Assembly (NCBI GenBank): GCA_965247115.1
Contig: CBDFGR010000003.1
Location: 1,632,001-1,696,000 of the forward strand
Reading direction: 5' to 3'
Source of the DNA: Myxococcota bacterium
Lineage (GTDB): Bacteria > Myxococcota_A > UBA9160 > SZUA-336
DNA: 64,000 nucleotides
The position numbers and the translations under genes are program-made. Of this stretch, positions 10,411 through 19,605 are shown piece by piece (within the stretch, counting starts at the first letter, position 1; every line of letters begins with the position of its first letter). Below the pieces are notes generated by a model. The model was not told where the DNA came from and did not search any database. It saw only the letters and a program-made list of their open reading frames with translations.

Positions 10411-11150
10411 GGCTCATCGAGGCACTCGGCCTCGGGACCCCGCCCGAGCTCGTTGCGATCGTTGGTGGCGGAGGCAAGAGCAGCCTCATGTTCGCGCTCG
10501 CCGAGCAGCTTCCCGGCCGCGTGGTGTTGACCACGACCACGCGCATCTTCGCGGCGCAGAGGCGCCAGGCCACCGAATCCTGCAGCATGGAGGACCAGAG
10601 CTGGGAAGACCGACTCGAAACGTTCGAGTCGAGCATGCTCGTGGTGGCGGGAGTCGAGGGAGACAGGGCCGTGGGGGTGCCTCCCGAGCTCCCATCCCAG
10701 CTGTTGGCCCGCCCGGGCGTGGATTGGGTCGTGGTCGAGGCCGACGGCTCCCGCATGCTCCCCGTCAAGGCCCCGGCCGCTCACGAACCGGTGGTCCCCG
10801 TCGAGACCACGCTGCTGATTCCGGTCGTCGGCATCGACGCTCTCTCTGGGCCGATTCGCGACGTTGCGCACCGCCCCGAGCTCGTGAGCGCGATCACCGG
10901 CCTGACTCTCGACCAGACGCTGACTCCGGACGCGCTTGCAGTGCTGCTCACGTCGCGGCGAGGCGGAATGAAGGACGCCCCACCCGACGCACGCGTCGTT
11001 GTGCTGATCAACAAGGTGGAGTCCGCAGCGCAGCTCGAGCTTGCAAACGCCGTCGCGGGCAGTGTCCTTCGCGACACCTGCGTACGGCGCGTCGTGATTG
11101 GAGCGCTCGCAGGCGCTCCTTCCGCGAACTGGCTCGTCTGCGCGCGCTGA
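10407..11150 (+). CDS. yqeC: YqeC-like selenium cofactor biosynthesis accessory protein
   Basis: AIVGGGGKSSLMFALA, LTTTTRI, VEADGSRMLPVKAPAAHEPVVP, VLINKVE; start uncertain, best candidate is CTG overlapping the fdhA TGA. Confidence 0.82.
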   Translation: MRLIEALGLGTPPELVAIVGGGGKSSLMFALAEQLPGRVVLTTTTRIFAAQRRQATESCSMEDQSWEDRLETFESSMLVVAGVEGDRAVGVPPELPSQLLARPGVDWVVVEADGSRMLPVKAPAAHEPVVPVETTLLIPVVGIDALSGPIRDVAHRPELVSAITGLTLDQTLTPDALAVLLTSRRGGMKDAPPDARVVVLINKVESAAQLELANAVAGSVLRDTCVRRVVIGALAGAPSANWLVCAR

Positions 11151-11169
11151 GGGACCAGAGACTCTCGGG

Positions 11170-12483
11170 TCAGATCTGGATCCGTTCCCAGCGGCCCGAG
11201 GAGAAACGCCATACCATCAGCGCGCTCAGCACTCCCGCATAGACAGCACCCGCGATCCACCCGCCCAGCACTCCCCCCTGGAGCGCGACTCCGAAGAGCC
11301 ACGTGAGCGGCACGAACAGGCCCCAGGCCAGCGAGGCGTGGATGAGGAACGGCCAGCGAGTGTCGCCCGCTCCGCGCAAGGAGCCTCCCGCAACAATGCC
11401 GAACGTGTCGAACAGCTGAAAGAGCGCCCCGGTTACGGCGAGACTCTGCCCGATCGTGACGACCGCAGGGTCGTTCGTGAACACCCGCAACAACCACTCG
11501 GGAATGGCGATGAAGAGCGCGCCCACCAGGATGCCGAGCCCCGCTGCGAGCTTCTGCGAGGACACGTAGCTCTTGCGCGCGGAGGGCAGATCGCGGGCGC
11601 CGATGTAACGCCCGACCAGGGTCGAGGCGGCCACCGAGATACCCATCGCCTGCATGAACGAGAGCGAGAGCAGCACGACGAAGGCCTGCGATGCTGCGGC
11701 GGAGGCATCACCCATGCGCGCGATCACGGTCGAGAACACCGCGAACGAGAGCTCCCCGAGCATCCACTCTCCGCCGATCGGCGCGCCGGTGCGGAGCAGG
11801 CGGCGCATCTGGCGCAGATCCGGAGCGACAGGAGCGGTGGCGTAGAGGCGCGCAATCCTCTGGCGCCGAAACGCCACCCACAAGACCACGCAGTAGACCC
11901 ACTGTCCGATGGCCGTGGCGACCCCTGCGCCGACGATCCCGAGCTCGGGAAGTCCGAGCTCGCCGAAGATCAGTCCGTAGTCGAGCACGGCGTTGATTGC
12001 GTTCGCGACCAGGGTTGCGTAGAGAGGCGTGCGCGTATCCCCGTGTCCACGGAAGAACGACGACAGCACGAACGCGATCGCAAGTCCCGGCGCCCCGAAG
12101 AGCACGGGCACGACGTAGAGCTCGGCAGCAGTCTGCATCTCGGCAGAGGGACCCGCCCATGCGAGCAGCGGTCCGATGGCCCAGCCGATCGCGATGGCGG
12201 CTACGAGGACCGGCAGGATCACCACGTAGAGTGCCTGCCAGGCCCAGGCGCCGCACTCCTCGTTCCGGCCCGCTCCCCAGGTCTGCGCAACGAAGGTCTG
12301 TGCGACGCTGGCGGTGCCGAAGAAGAAGTTGAATGCCGTCCATACCCAGACCGCGCCAAACCCCGTGGCGGCGAGCTCCGTGGCGCCGAGCCTCCCCACG
12401 AGAGCGGCGTCGATCACTCCCATCGCCGTGAACGAGAGCTGAGTGAGGATGGCCGGAATCGCGAGACCGATGACCTCGCGCAC
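11170..12483 (-). CDS. MATE family efflux transporter
   Basis: LAIPAIL, VGRLGATELAA, FFRGHGDTRTPL, LIFGELGLPELGIVGAG, GSLRGAGDTRWP. Confidence 0.9.
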   Translation of the reverse strand: MREVIGLAIPAILTQLSFTAMGVIDAALVGRLGATELAATGFGAVWVWTAFNFFFGTASVAQTFVAQTWGAGRNEECGAWAWQALYVVILPVLVAAIAIGWAIGPLLAWAGPSAEMQTAAELYVVPVLFGAPGLAIAFVLSSFFRGHGDTRTPLYATLVANAINAVLDYGLIFGELGLPELGIVGAGVATAIGQWVYCVVLWVAFRRQRIARLYATAPVAPDLRQMRRLLRTGAPIGGEWMLGELSFAVFSTVIARMGDASAAASQAFVVLLSLSFMQAMGISVAASTLVGRYIGARDLPSARKSYVSSQKLAAGLGILVGALFIAIPEWLLRVFTNDPAVVTIGQSLAVTGALFQLFDTFGIVAGGSLRGAGDTRWPFLIHASLAWGLFVPLTWLFGVALQGGVLGGWIAGAVYAGVLSALMVWRFSSGRWERIQI

Positions 12484-12676
12484 CCCGCCGCGTCTCTCGA
12501 CAGCGGCCTCCTCCGCTGTCGCGGTTACTTCCCTGCTTCTCAGAGCTCTGCCTCGCTACGCTCGCCTGGGCCGCAACCTGCCTGTGAGGGGCGACTTGCG
12601 CAAGCCCATTCCGCTCAGTCGTGGGCTCACCGGATGGTAGAGTGGCTCCTCCGCTTCTGGAGACCGACGAACTGAC

Positions 12677-13990
12677 GTGACGCGCTATCGGGGGATCCAC
12701 GAGCTCTACCGCGAGGACCCGGTCGGGGCCGACCGGAAGATCTGGGGTCGAAGGGCCGATCCGTTGACCCGTCGTGGCTTTCTCAACGGCGCAGGCTTGC
12801 TGGCCCTTGGCTCCTGCATCGGAGCCTCGATCCCGTTCTCGCACAGGCTGCCCGCTGGACTCATTCCCGCGGCTCTGGCTTCTTCGGACGAGCGCTTCGA
12901 AATTCCAGGGAAGGAGCCGGGCCTCGTCATCCTGAATGATCGTCCGCTCAACGCGGAGACGCCCGCTCACCTGCTGGACGATGACGTCACCCCCGCAGAG
13001 CGTCTGTTCGTCCGGAACAACGGCTTGCCGCCCCAGACCGTCGATCCGAGCGCCTGGCGCCTTATCGTAGAGGGCGAGTCGATCGAGACAAGGCGCACGT
13101 TCTCGCTCGGGGAGCTCGAGCGAGAGTTTGACCGGCACACCTATCGACTCCAGCTCGAGTGCGCGGGGAACGGACGGAGCGAGTTCTACCCGCCAGCAAG
13201 CGGGAATCAATGGACTACAGGAGCGGTGGGCTGCGTCGAGTGGACCGGCATTCGGGTGCGCGACGTGATCCGTTCGTGCGGCCTCCGCCCCGACGCGGTG
13301 TACGTGGCGTATTACGGTGCGGACCGACACCTGAGTGGAGACCCGGACGCCGTGCCGATCTCGCGCGGGGTGCCCCTTGAGAAGGCGCTGCAGGACGAGA
13401 CGCTGCTCGCGTGGTCGATGAACGGGCTGGTGATCCCTCCGTTGCACGGTCCTCCACTCAGGCTCGTGTGTGGAGGCTGGCCCGGCTCGAGCTCGGGCAA
13501 GTGGCTCACGAAGATCGCGGTTCGGGACCGCGTTCACGACGGGCCAAAGATGGGAGGCAAGAGCTACCGCCTCCCCTGCGGTCCCGTCGCAGCCGGCGTC
13601 GACGTGACCGACGACCAGATGTGCATCATCGAGTCGATGCCAGTGAAGTCGCTACTCACCTTCCCCAGGTCTGGGAGCGTACATGCGCTCGCGAAACCGC
13701 TGGCTCTGCGCGGTCACGCCTGGGCGGGAGAGCGCTCCACCGCACGCGTCGACGTCTCGATGGACTTCGGCCAGACCTGGCTGCCCTGTCAGCTCGATGC
13801 TGCGCCCAACCGTCTGGCGTGGCAGCGCTTCAGTACCGCGCTCCGCTTCCCGAGGCCCGGCTACTACGAGCTGTGGGCACGGGCGACGGACGATAGAGGC
13901 CGCGCTCAACCGATGGTCGTCCCGGGTTGGAACCCAAGGGGGTACCTGAACAACGCCACCCACCGGATCGCGGTCCAGGTCACAGCGTGA
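12677..13990 (+). CDS. Tat-exported sulfite oxidase family molybdoenzyme (SorA-like sulfite dehydrogenase)
   Basis: Tat motif TRRGFL, FVRNNG, LECAGNGR (Mo-ligand Cys), HGPPLRLVCGGWPG, WNPRGYLNNA. Confidence 0.9.
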   Translation: MTRYRGIHELYREDPVGADRKIWGRRADPLTRRGFLNGAGLLALGSCIGASIPFSHRLPAGLIPAALASSDERFEIPGKEPGLVILNDRPLNAETPAHLLDDDVTPAERLFVRNNGLPPQTVDPSAWRLIVEGESIETRRTFSLGELEREFDRHTYRLQLECAGNGRSEFYPPASGNQWTTGAVGCVEWTGIRVRDVIRSCGLRPDAVYVAYYGADRHLSGDPDAVPISRGVPLEKALQDETLLAWSMNGLVIPPLHGPPLRLVCGGWPGSSSGKWLTKIAVRDRVHDGPKMGGKSYRLPCGPVAAGVDVTDDQMCIIESMPVKSLLTFPRSGSVHALAKPLALRGHAWAGERSTARVDVSMDFGQTWLPCQLDAAPNRLAWQRFSTALRFPRPGYYELWARATDDRGRAQPMVVPGWNPRGYLNNATHRIAVQVTA

Positions 13991-14346
13991 GCTGTAGGAC
14001 CGGACTCGTACTGACACTCCTGGTTGCGATCGTCACGCCACAGCTCGGTAGAGCAACGGAACTCGAGGTCGATGCAGAGACGGGATTCGTGGTCGCACCG
14101 GGGTCGGAGCTCGTCCAGGCCAGTTGCACGGCGTGTCACTCGTCGAGGCTGACATTGCAGATGCGTGCGGACCGCGACGGCTGGCTCGAGCTGATTCGCT
14201 GGATGCAGCGTACCCAGAACCTGTGGCAGTTCCCGCCCGCGACCGAGGCCGAGATTGTCGACTACCTTGCCACCCACTACGCTCCGACACTCGCGCGCTT
14301 TCGCCGCCCGCCCCTCGCGCCGTCGCTCCTCCCCCCACCCGAGTGA
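13987..14346 (+). CDS. Monoheme cytochrome c, probable electron acceptor of the adjacent enzyme
   Basis: Signal peptide, CTACH, IRWMQRTQNLW; GTGA overlap with the upstream stop. Confidence 0.85.
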   Translation: MSCRTGLVLTLLVAIVTPQLGRATELEVDAETGFVVAPGSELVQASCTACHSSRLTLQMRADRDGWLELIRWMQRTQNLWQFPPATEAEIVDYLATHYAPTLARFRRPPLAPSLLPPPE

Positions 14347-14387
14347 TCCTGAGAGCCTGTCTCTGCGGAGCTCGTGCTCCGGATTCG

Positions 14388-15134
14388 CTAGCGGGGCGAG
14401 TCGAGGAAGTTGTTCAGGACCTTCGCGCCCTGCTCCGGGTCTTCGCACATCCACCAATGCCCGAGGCCCGAGAGGACGGCGACGCTGGCACCCGCGCGCT
14501 CGGCGGAGCGCTGCGCGAGTACCTGGCCACCGGTGTAGGAGTCTTCTGTGGGAATGATCACGAGGCCCGGTCGTGCCGACGCCTTCGGGAACTGCTCGCC
14601 CCAGCGACCCATGGCCGGCTGCGCAGCAGAGCGGTAGAGCGCGAGGATGCACCGGCCCATGTCTTCGTTGACGGCCTTGGCTACGCGCCGCGCCACATCC
14701 TCGCTCATGCCGAGGTCCCGGAACCCCGTCGCCCGTTCGGCCGTCGGCAGCGCGACCATCTGCGCCACCGCCTCCTCGCCGACCTGCGGCGTCTGCCATG
14801 CCTGCGCATAGTCGTGCCAGACGTACTCGGGGTTGAAGCAGCCGGCGATGTCGATCGTCCACGAGCGCAGCAGATCGGGCCGGGAGCAGGCGAGACGTGC
14901 GGCGTGCCCGCCACCCCAGTCGTGGCCGACCAGGTCGACCGGCTCCCCGACTAGCTCGAGCTCGGCCACGAGCCAGCGCACATAGTCGTCGCTCGTCGCA
15001 CCGAAGCCGTCGGGGACCGGCGCGCCAAAGCCGGGCGGTGACAACGAGACCACGTCGCTCCTGCCGAGCCGCGCGCGAAGCTCGTCCCAGATCGCATCGG
15101 TCTCGGGATTGCCGTGCACGAGTACGACCGTCAC
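14388..15134 (-). CDS. Alpha/beta hydrolase (epoxide hydrolase/dehalogenase-like)
   Basis: VLVHGNPE, VGHDWGG nucleophile elbow, GHWW. Confidence 0.88.
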   Translation of the reverse strand: MTVVLVHGNPETDAIWDELRARLGRSDVVSLSPPGFGAPVPDGFGATSDDYVRWLVAELELVGEPVDLVGHDWGGGHAARLACSRPDLLRSWTIDIAGCFNPEYVWHDYAQAWQTPQVGEEAVAQMVALPTAERATGFRDLGMSEDVARRVAKAVNEDMGRCILALYRSAAQPAMGRWGEQFPKASARPGLVIIPTEDSYTGGQVLAQRSAERAGASVAVLSGLGHWWMCEDPEQGAKVLNNFLDSPR

Positions 15135-15170
15135 GAGCTCATTCCACCACAGCGGGAGCCAGGATGTCGA

Positions 15171-16250
15171 TCACTCTTGCGGAGTCTCGAGCCAGGCTTG
15201 GAAGAGCTCGTACGCGAGAACCAGGATGACGGCACCTGAGAAGAGACCGATGATGCCGGATGCAATGAACCCCCCGATGGCCCCGATGAAGATAACCAGC
15301 ATGGGAGCCTCGACCCCCCGCCCCATGAGCATCGGCTTGAGGAAGTTGTCCAGAAGCATGACCGGCACGCTCCACAGCGTGAGCAGGATGGAGGTCCCCG
15401 TACTGTCCGTGAACCAGACATAGACGATGATGGGAACCATCACGATTCCGATCGGGAGCTGCACGACGCCGAGCAACAGACAGAGCAGCGCCCAGAAGGC
15501 TGTGCCCGGAACACCTGCCGCGAGGAATCCGGCGGCCGCCAGCGCCGACTGGATCACGGCCACGCCGATGACGCCCGATGCGACGCCGCGCACCGTCTGC
15601 CCGGCGAGCTGGGCGAAACCCACTCCGCGTTCGGGTGCGAGCCGGACAAAGAGCTGTCGCGCGAGGCGCTCGCCTGCTTCGGCGTTGGCCAGCAAGACGC
15701 CTGAGATGATGATCGACAGCGTGAAGTGGACGACGCCGATCCCCGCCGACGCGACGGCGCTCACGATCCATTTGCCTACCACCTTGAGCTGGGCGTCCAG
15801 CGAGCGGAGCGCTTCTCTCAGGTTCGAGTGAGCCAGCGACCAGTACTCGTGCACAGTCTCACCGATAACGGGCCAATCGGCGACGCTCCCGGGCGGTGCC
15901 GGAACGTAGATGTTGCCACTATTGATCTGATTCGCTGCGCTGCCGCCCCACTCGATGAGCGCTCTCGTGAGCGGGATAGTGGGTGTGATCACTAGCAGCA
16001 GCGCCAGAATTGTGAATACGCTTGCCGCGAGCACGTGTCGTCCTCCGAGCCAGCCCTGCAGGCGACGGAAGACGGGGTAGACAGCGATCGCGATGATGGT
16101 CCCCCAGAGGACCGGGGAGATGAAGGGCGCGATGATCTCGAACACCCAGAAGGCGAGGATCGCGATCGCACCGATTCGAATCGCGGCCTCGATGCTCCGA
16201 CCGACTACGACGTCGGATCCCGCTCGGGTCTCTACTTCAGAGCTACTCAT
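15171..16250 (-). CDS. AI-2E family transporter
   Basis: PFISPVLWGTIIAIAVYP, DNFLKPMLMGRG, IGLFSGAVILVL. Confidence 0.88.
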   Translation of the reverse strand: MSSSEVETRAGSDVVVGRSIEAAIRIGAIAILAFWVFEIIAPFISPVLWGTIIAIAVYPVFRRLQGWLGGRHVLAASVFTILALLLVITPTIPLTRALIEWGGSAANQINSGNIYVPAPPGSVADWPVIGETVHEYWSLAHSNLREALRSLDAQLKVVGKWIVSAVASAGIGVVHFTLSIIISGVLLANAEAGERLARQLFVRLAPERGVGFAQLAGQTVRGVASGVIGVAVIQSALAAAGFLAAGVPGTAFWALLCLLLGVVQLPIGIVMVPIIVYVWFTDSTGTSILLTLWSVPVMLLDNFLKPMLMGRGVEAPMLVIFIGAIGGFIASGIIGLFSGAVILVLAYELFQAWLETPQE

Positions 16251-16984
16251 TAGACGGCGTCTGCGAAGACCCTTCCTCGCTCGAGGAGACCGATCGTGCT
16301 CGCCTTGAACGAGTCGAGGATTGAAGCGAACGGTTCGGCGTCGCCACGAGACAGTAGATCGCGGCAGAATACCACGGCAACGAGCATGTGGTCGCCAAAG
16401 TACGCGCCGCCGAGACCGAACACACTCTTCACGCCGTACTTTGTGACGAACTCCTGAGCGGCGATGATCTTGCGCCCCTCCTGGTCGGTCGTCTCCGCCG
16501 CGTTCTCGACGAAGAACAGGCCCGCCGAGCTTCCCAGCTTCTCAACGATGTCGCTATCTCGCGTGTCCACCCATGTGAGCGGCACGCCGAGCTCCTTCAA
16601 GAGTCGCGAGATCATGGGGATCGCATCGACGAAGGTCGACGAGATCAGGGGGATGCCGACGTGACCCTCCGAGTTGCGCCGATCGTTCCACTGACTCTCC
16701 TGACCGGACGACCCGATCAGCGACAAGACCGCCGTTCGATCCTCCAGCTCGGAGGCGCCCTCGCCGGCAAGGGTCCGGACGAATCCCTGGTTCGATGTGG
16801 GCAGTGTCGACAGCGGGACGGTGAGGAAGGCCCGTGCGAGAACGATCGAGTCGGCGTACTCCGTATGGAGCGCTGTGATCAATGACTGCGCGGCTCCCTC
16901 CAGCGTCGGTGATCGCTTGACCTCCGGCTCGATGCGGTCCCAGAGATCGCGAAGCGTCGACGAGGTTGCCTGGCCAATCTTCAT
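16250..16984 (-). CDS. Conserved hypothetical protein (possibly GAF-like)
   Basis: Coding-like 244-aa ORF coupled to the AI-2E gene; WNDRRNSEGHVGIPL and FVTKYGVKSVFGLGG look like conserved blocks. Confidence 0.6.
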   Translation of the reverse strand: MKIGQATSSTLRDLWDRIEPEVKRSPTLEGAAQSLITALHTEYADSIVLARAFLTVPLSTLPTSNQGFVRTLAGEGASELEDRTAVLSLIGSSGQESQWNDRRNSEGHVGIPLISSTFVDAIPMISRLLKELGVPLTWVDTRDSDIVEKLGSSAGLFFVENAAETTDQEGRKIIAAQEFVTKYGVKSVFGLGGAYFGDHMLVAVVFCRDLLSRGDAEPFASILDSFKASTIGLLERGRVFADAV

Positions 16985-17029
16985 TGCGAGCTCCTCTGCG
17001 TCCCTGCGACCCCGCTATTCTACTCGCAC

Positions 17030-17687
17030 GTCATCCCTGCGGGATTTCGCACTCCCCGCGGAGTACGCGCTCCACGGAGTCACCCTTGGCGTGTTCGAAT
17101 CCGTGGCGGTGGAGGCGGAGGCCGAGGTCCGGAAGGCGTTCCTCGAGGCTCGGCGTGTACTCGAGCAACTGGGCGCGAGCGTGTTGGACCTCGGCGACTG
17201 TGGTCTCGACCTCCTCGAGCTCGTTCGCGACGCTGTGGTTCTCTGCGCCGCGGATCTGGCGGACGCGCTGGCCGAGGAGCCGGCCTCGAGCTCCGAGGAC
17301 CTGTCGCCGGCCATGCGGCAGGTGGTCGACTGGGGCACGAGCCTGAGCGCGGTGGACCTCGCGGCTGCCCGGCGGAGGCTTGGCGATGCGCAGGTCCGCG
17401 TGAGGGAACTGTTCCGCCACGCGCAGGCTCTGATCCTGCCGACGGCGCCGCTCAGCGCCCTGCCTTTCGAGAAGGCGGATGAGATCGATCCCGACTCTAC
17501 GCTCTTCGTCGGCTGGGTGAACGTGGCCCGAGCGGCTGCAACGAGCGTTCCCATGGGAATGACGGCGTAGGGACTTCCGCTCGGGCTTCAGGTCGTGGCG
17601 CCCGAATTCCAGGACCCGCTCACGCTGCGCATCGCCCAGGCCTATGAGAGCATGGCCAACCACCAGATTCGGCCTCGCGGCTTCTAA
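17030..17687 (+). pseudogene. Amidase (GatA-like) remnant: 5' portion missing and in-frame TAG at 17568-17570
   Basis: ARRVLEQLGA, ALILPTAP, SVPMGMTA*GLPLGLQVVA...TLRIAQAYE match the amidase-signature-family C terminus; no catalytic N-terminal region; left boundary approximate. Confidence 0.8.
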
Positions 17688-17702
17688 GTCAAGGAGAACA
17701 CC

Positions 17703-18650
17703 ATGACGGAATCGTATCCCCAGGAACCGGGCACGTCGTTCAGCGGGCGCAGCTTGTTAAACGCAGCACGGAAGTCGCTCGACGATGGAGTGGACGTGGC
17801 GCTGTTCGGCATCCCCTTTCACGGCGGCACGTTCGGCCGAGAGGGCTCCCGTCACGGGCCCGAGCAAATGCGTCAGATGTCGCACAACATCAGAGCACTG
17901 AACCTCGCGACAAGGGTGGCGCCCTTCGAGCTCTGTCGCGTCGCCGACATCGGCGACGTCTCCGTGACGGCGGTCGATCCCCCGGGATCCCTCGAGAGTA
18001 TTACCGCCTTCTGCAAGGAGGTCTGCGCCGCCGGAGCGCTGCCCCTGGCCGCGGGAGGGGACCACACGATTGCCCTTCCCATGCTGCGAGGCGTCGCCAG
18101 CGTGAATGGGCCGGTTGGTGTCGTTCACTTCGATGCGCATCCGGACACGATGGATCTCGGAGACGATTTCGGCTCCCGTTACAACTACGCGACACCGTTC
18201 CGGAGGGCGGTCGAGGAGGGTCTGGAGGACCCCACCAGGCACGTCATGATCGGCATCCGAGGGACCATGGTGAACGACCTGGAGGCCTACGAGTGGGCCG
18301 AGAAGCAGGGCATGACGATCCTGTGGATGGACGAGTGCTTCGAGCTGGGCGCAAAAGGCATCGTCGCGAAGATCCGCAGTGTGATCGGCGATCACCCCAC
18401 TCATATCACCGTGGACATTGACGGCATCGATCCGACCGACATGCCAGGAACCGGCTCGCCCGAGCCAGGTGGACTGCGCATGATCGACATGCAGATGATC
18501 TTCCGCGGGATGCGCGGGATGAACCTCGTGGGCGCCGACATCAACGAGATCTGCCCACCTCTGGATCCTTCGGGTCAGACCGCACTGAATGCCGCCCACC
18601 TCATGTTCGAGATGCTCTGCCTCCTGGCGGAACGACGAGCGAACGGCTGA
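17703..18650 (+). CDS. Agmatinase/ureohydrolase family protein
   Basis: GGDHT, HFDAHPD, TVDIDGIDP, GTGSPEPGG; AGGAG RBS. Confidence 0.9.
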   Translation: MTESYPQEPGTSFSGRSLLNAARKSLDDGVDVALFGIPFHGGTFGREGSRHGPEQMRQMSHNIRALNLATRVAPFELCRVADIGDVSVTAVDPPGSLESITAFCKEVCAAGALPLAAGGDHTIALPMLRGVASVNGPVGVVHFDAHPDTMDLGDDFGSRYNYATPFRRAVEEGLEDPTRHVMIGIRGTMVNDLEAYEWAEKQGMTILWMDECFELGAKGIVAKIRSVIGDHPTHITVDIDGIDPTDMPGTGSPEPGGLRMIDMQMIFRGMRGMNLVGADINEICPPLDPSGQTALNAAHLMFEMLCLLAERRANG

Positions 18651-18666
18651 GGGGAGAGGAGACAAC

Positions 18667-19605
18667 ATGCCGGAAGCGAAGTCCCGAGAGTTCACGTATT
18701 ACCTCGACGGGAAGTACGTGCCCACGAGCGAGGCGAGGGTCTTTGTCCTCGATCCCGTCTGCCACGGCGATAGCGTCTTCGATACGGCCCGGACCGTCGG
18801 GAGGGACCGCATCTTCCGGGTCGATGACCACCTGGAAAGGCTCTACGCCTCCTGCCGGGCTGCCGAGCTCGAGCCCCGCGAGAGCCCGGCCGAGCTGAAG
18901 GACGTCTTCCTGGAGCTGGTGGAACGAAACCGGGACCTGCTTGCCGAGAACGACGACGCGTGGATCCTGCCCCGCGTCTCGGCGAAGGGCCTGGAGGAAA
19001 CCTCGACGCTGGTGGCGTTCATCCCGCTGCCCTTCCGACGCTACGCGCCTTTCTTCAAGCTCGGCACGCACCTGGTGGTTCCCACGGTCCGGCACGTACC
19101 GCCGCAGTGCATGGATCCCAAGATCAAGTACGACGCGCGCCTCTTCATGCACATTGGCGACCGGGAGGCGCGGCGGATCGACCCGGACTCGCGGACGCTC
19201 CTGCTCGACATCGACGGCAACGTGGCCGAGCTGACCGACGCGAACCTCTTCATCGTCAAGAACGGTGAGGTCGTGACGCCGCCGCCGCGGAACACACTCC
19301 CCGGCGTGAGCAAGGCCGTCGTGCTGGAGCTGTGTGAGAGCCTCGGCATTCCGGCGGCCGAGCGGGACTTCCAGCTCTTCGACGTGTACAACGCCGACGA
19401 GGTGTTCCAGACCGGGACGAGCTACCGAATGCTCCCTGTTTCCCGCGTGAACCAGCGCCACCTCTGGACGTCGGTGCCCGGCCCGATCACGGGCCAGCTC
19501 CTCGAGGCCTACAGCAAAGAGCTCGGCCTGGATATCGCGGAGCAGTACATGAGCCATCTCGCTTCTGGGGAGAGGGTGGCCCTGCAAGCGAAGATCGCTG
19601 GCTAG
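18667..19605 (+). CDS. Class IV aminotransferase (branched-chain/D-amino-acid type)
   Basis: GDSVFDTART, DHLERLYAS, DPKIK, ELTDANLFIVKNG, LPGVS, ADEVF. Confidence 0.88.
   Translation: MPEAKSREFTYYLDGKYVPTSEARVFVLDPVCHGDSVFDTARTVGRDRIFRVDDHLERLYASCRAAELEPRESPAELKDVFLELVERNRDLLAENDDAWILPRVSAKGLEETSTLVAFIPLPFRRYAPFFKLGTHLVVPTVRHVPPQCMDPKIKYDARLFMHIGDREARRIDPDSRTLLLDIDGNVAELTDANLFIVKNGEVVTPPPRNTLPGVSKAVVLELCESLGIPAAERDFQLFDVYNADEVFQTGTSYRMLPVSRVNQRHLWTSVPGPITGQLLEAYSKELGLDIAEQYMSHLASGERVALQAKIAG

Noticed and set aside
12490..12676. Moco/Wco riboswitch upstream of the sulfite oxidase gene
   Set aside because: I could not recognise the consensus; an Infernal search would be needed.
11098..13537. 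Long alternative-frame or antisense ORFs (525 and 609 aa here; also 29463-31430, 42468-44150, 56502-58532)
   Set aside because: Shadow ORFs expected in high-GC DNA overlapping well-supported genes; no family motifs.
17568..17570. In-frame TAG in the amidase as pyrrolysine or stop-codon reassignment
   Set aside because: The gene also lacks its catalytic N-terminal half, and TAG terminates many normal genes in this window; a nonsense mutation is simpler.
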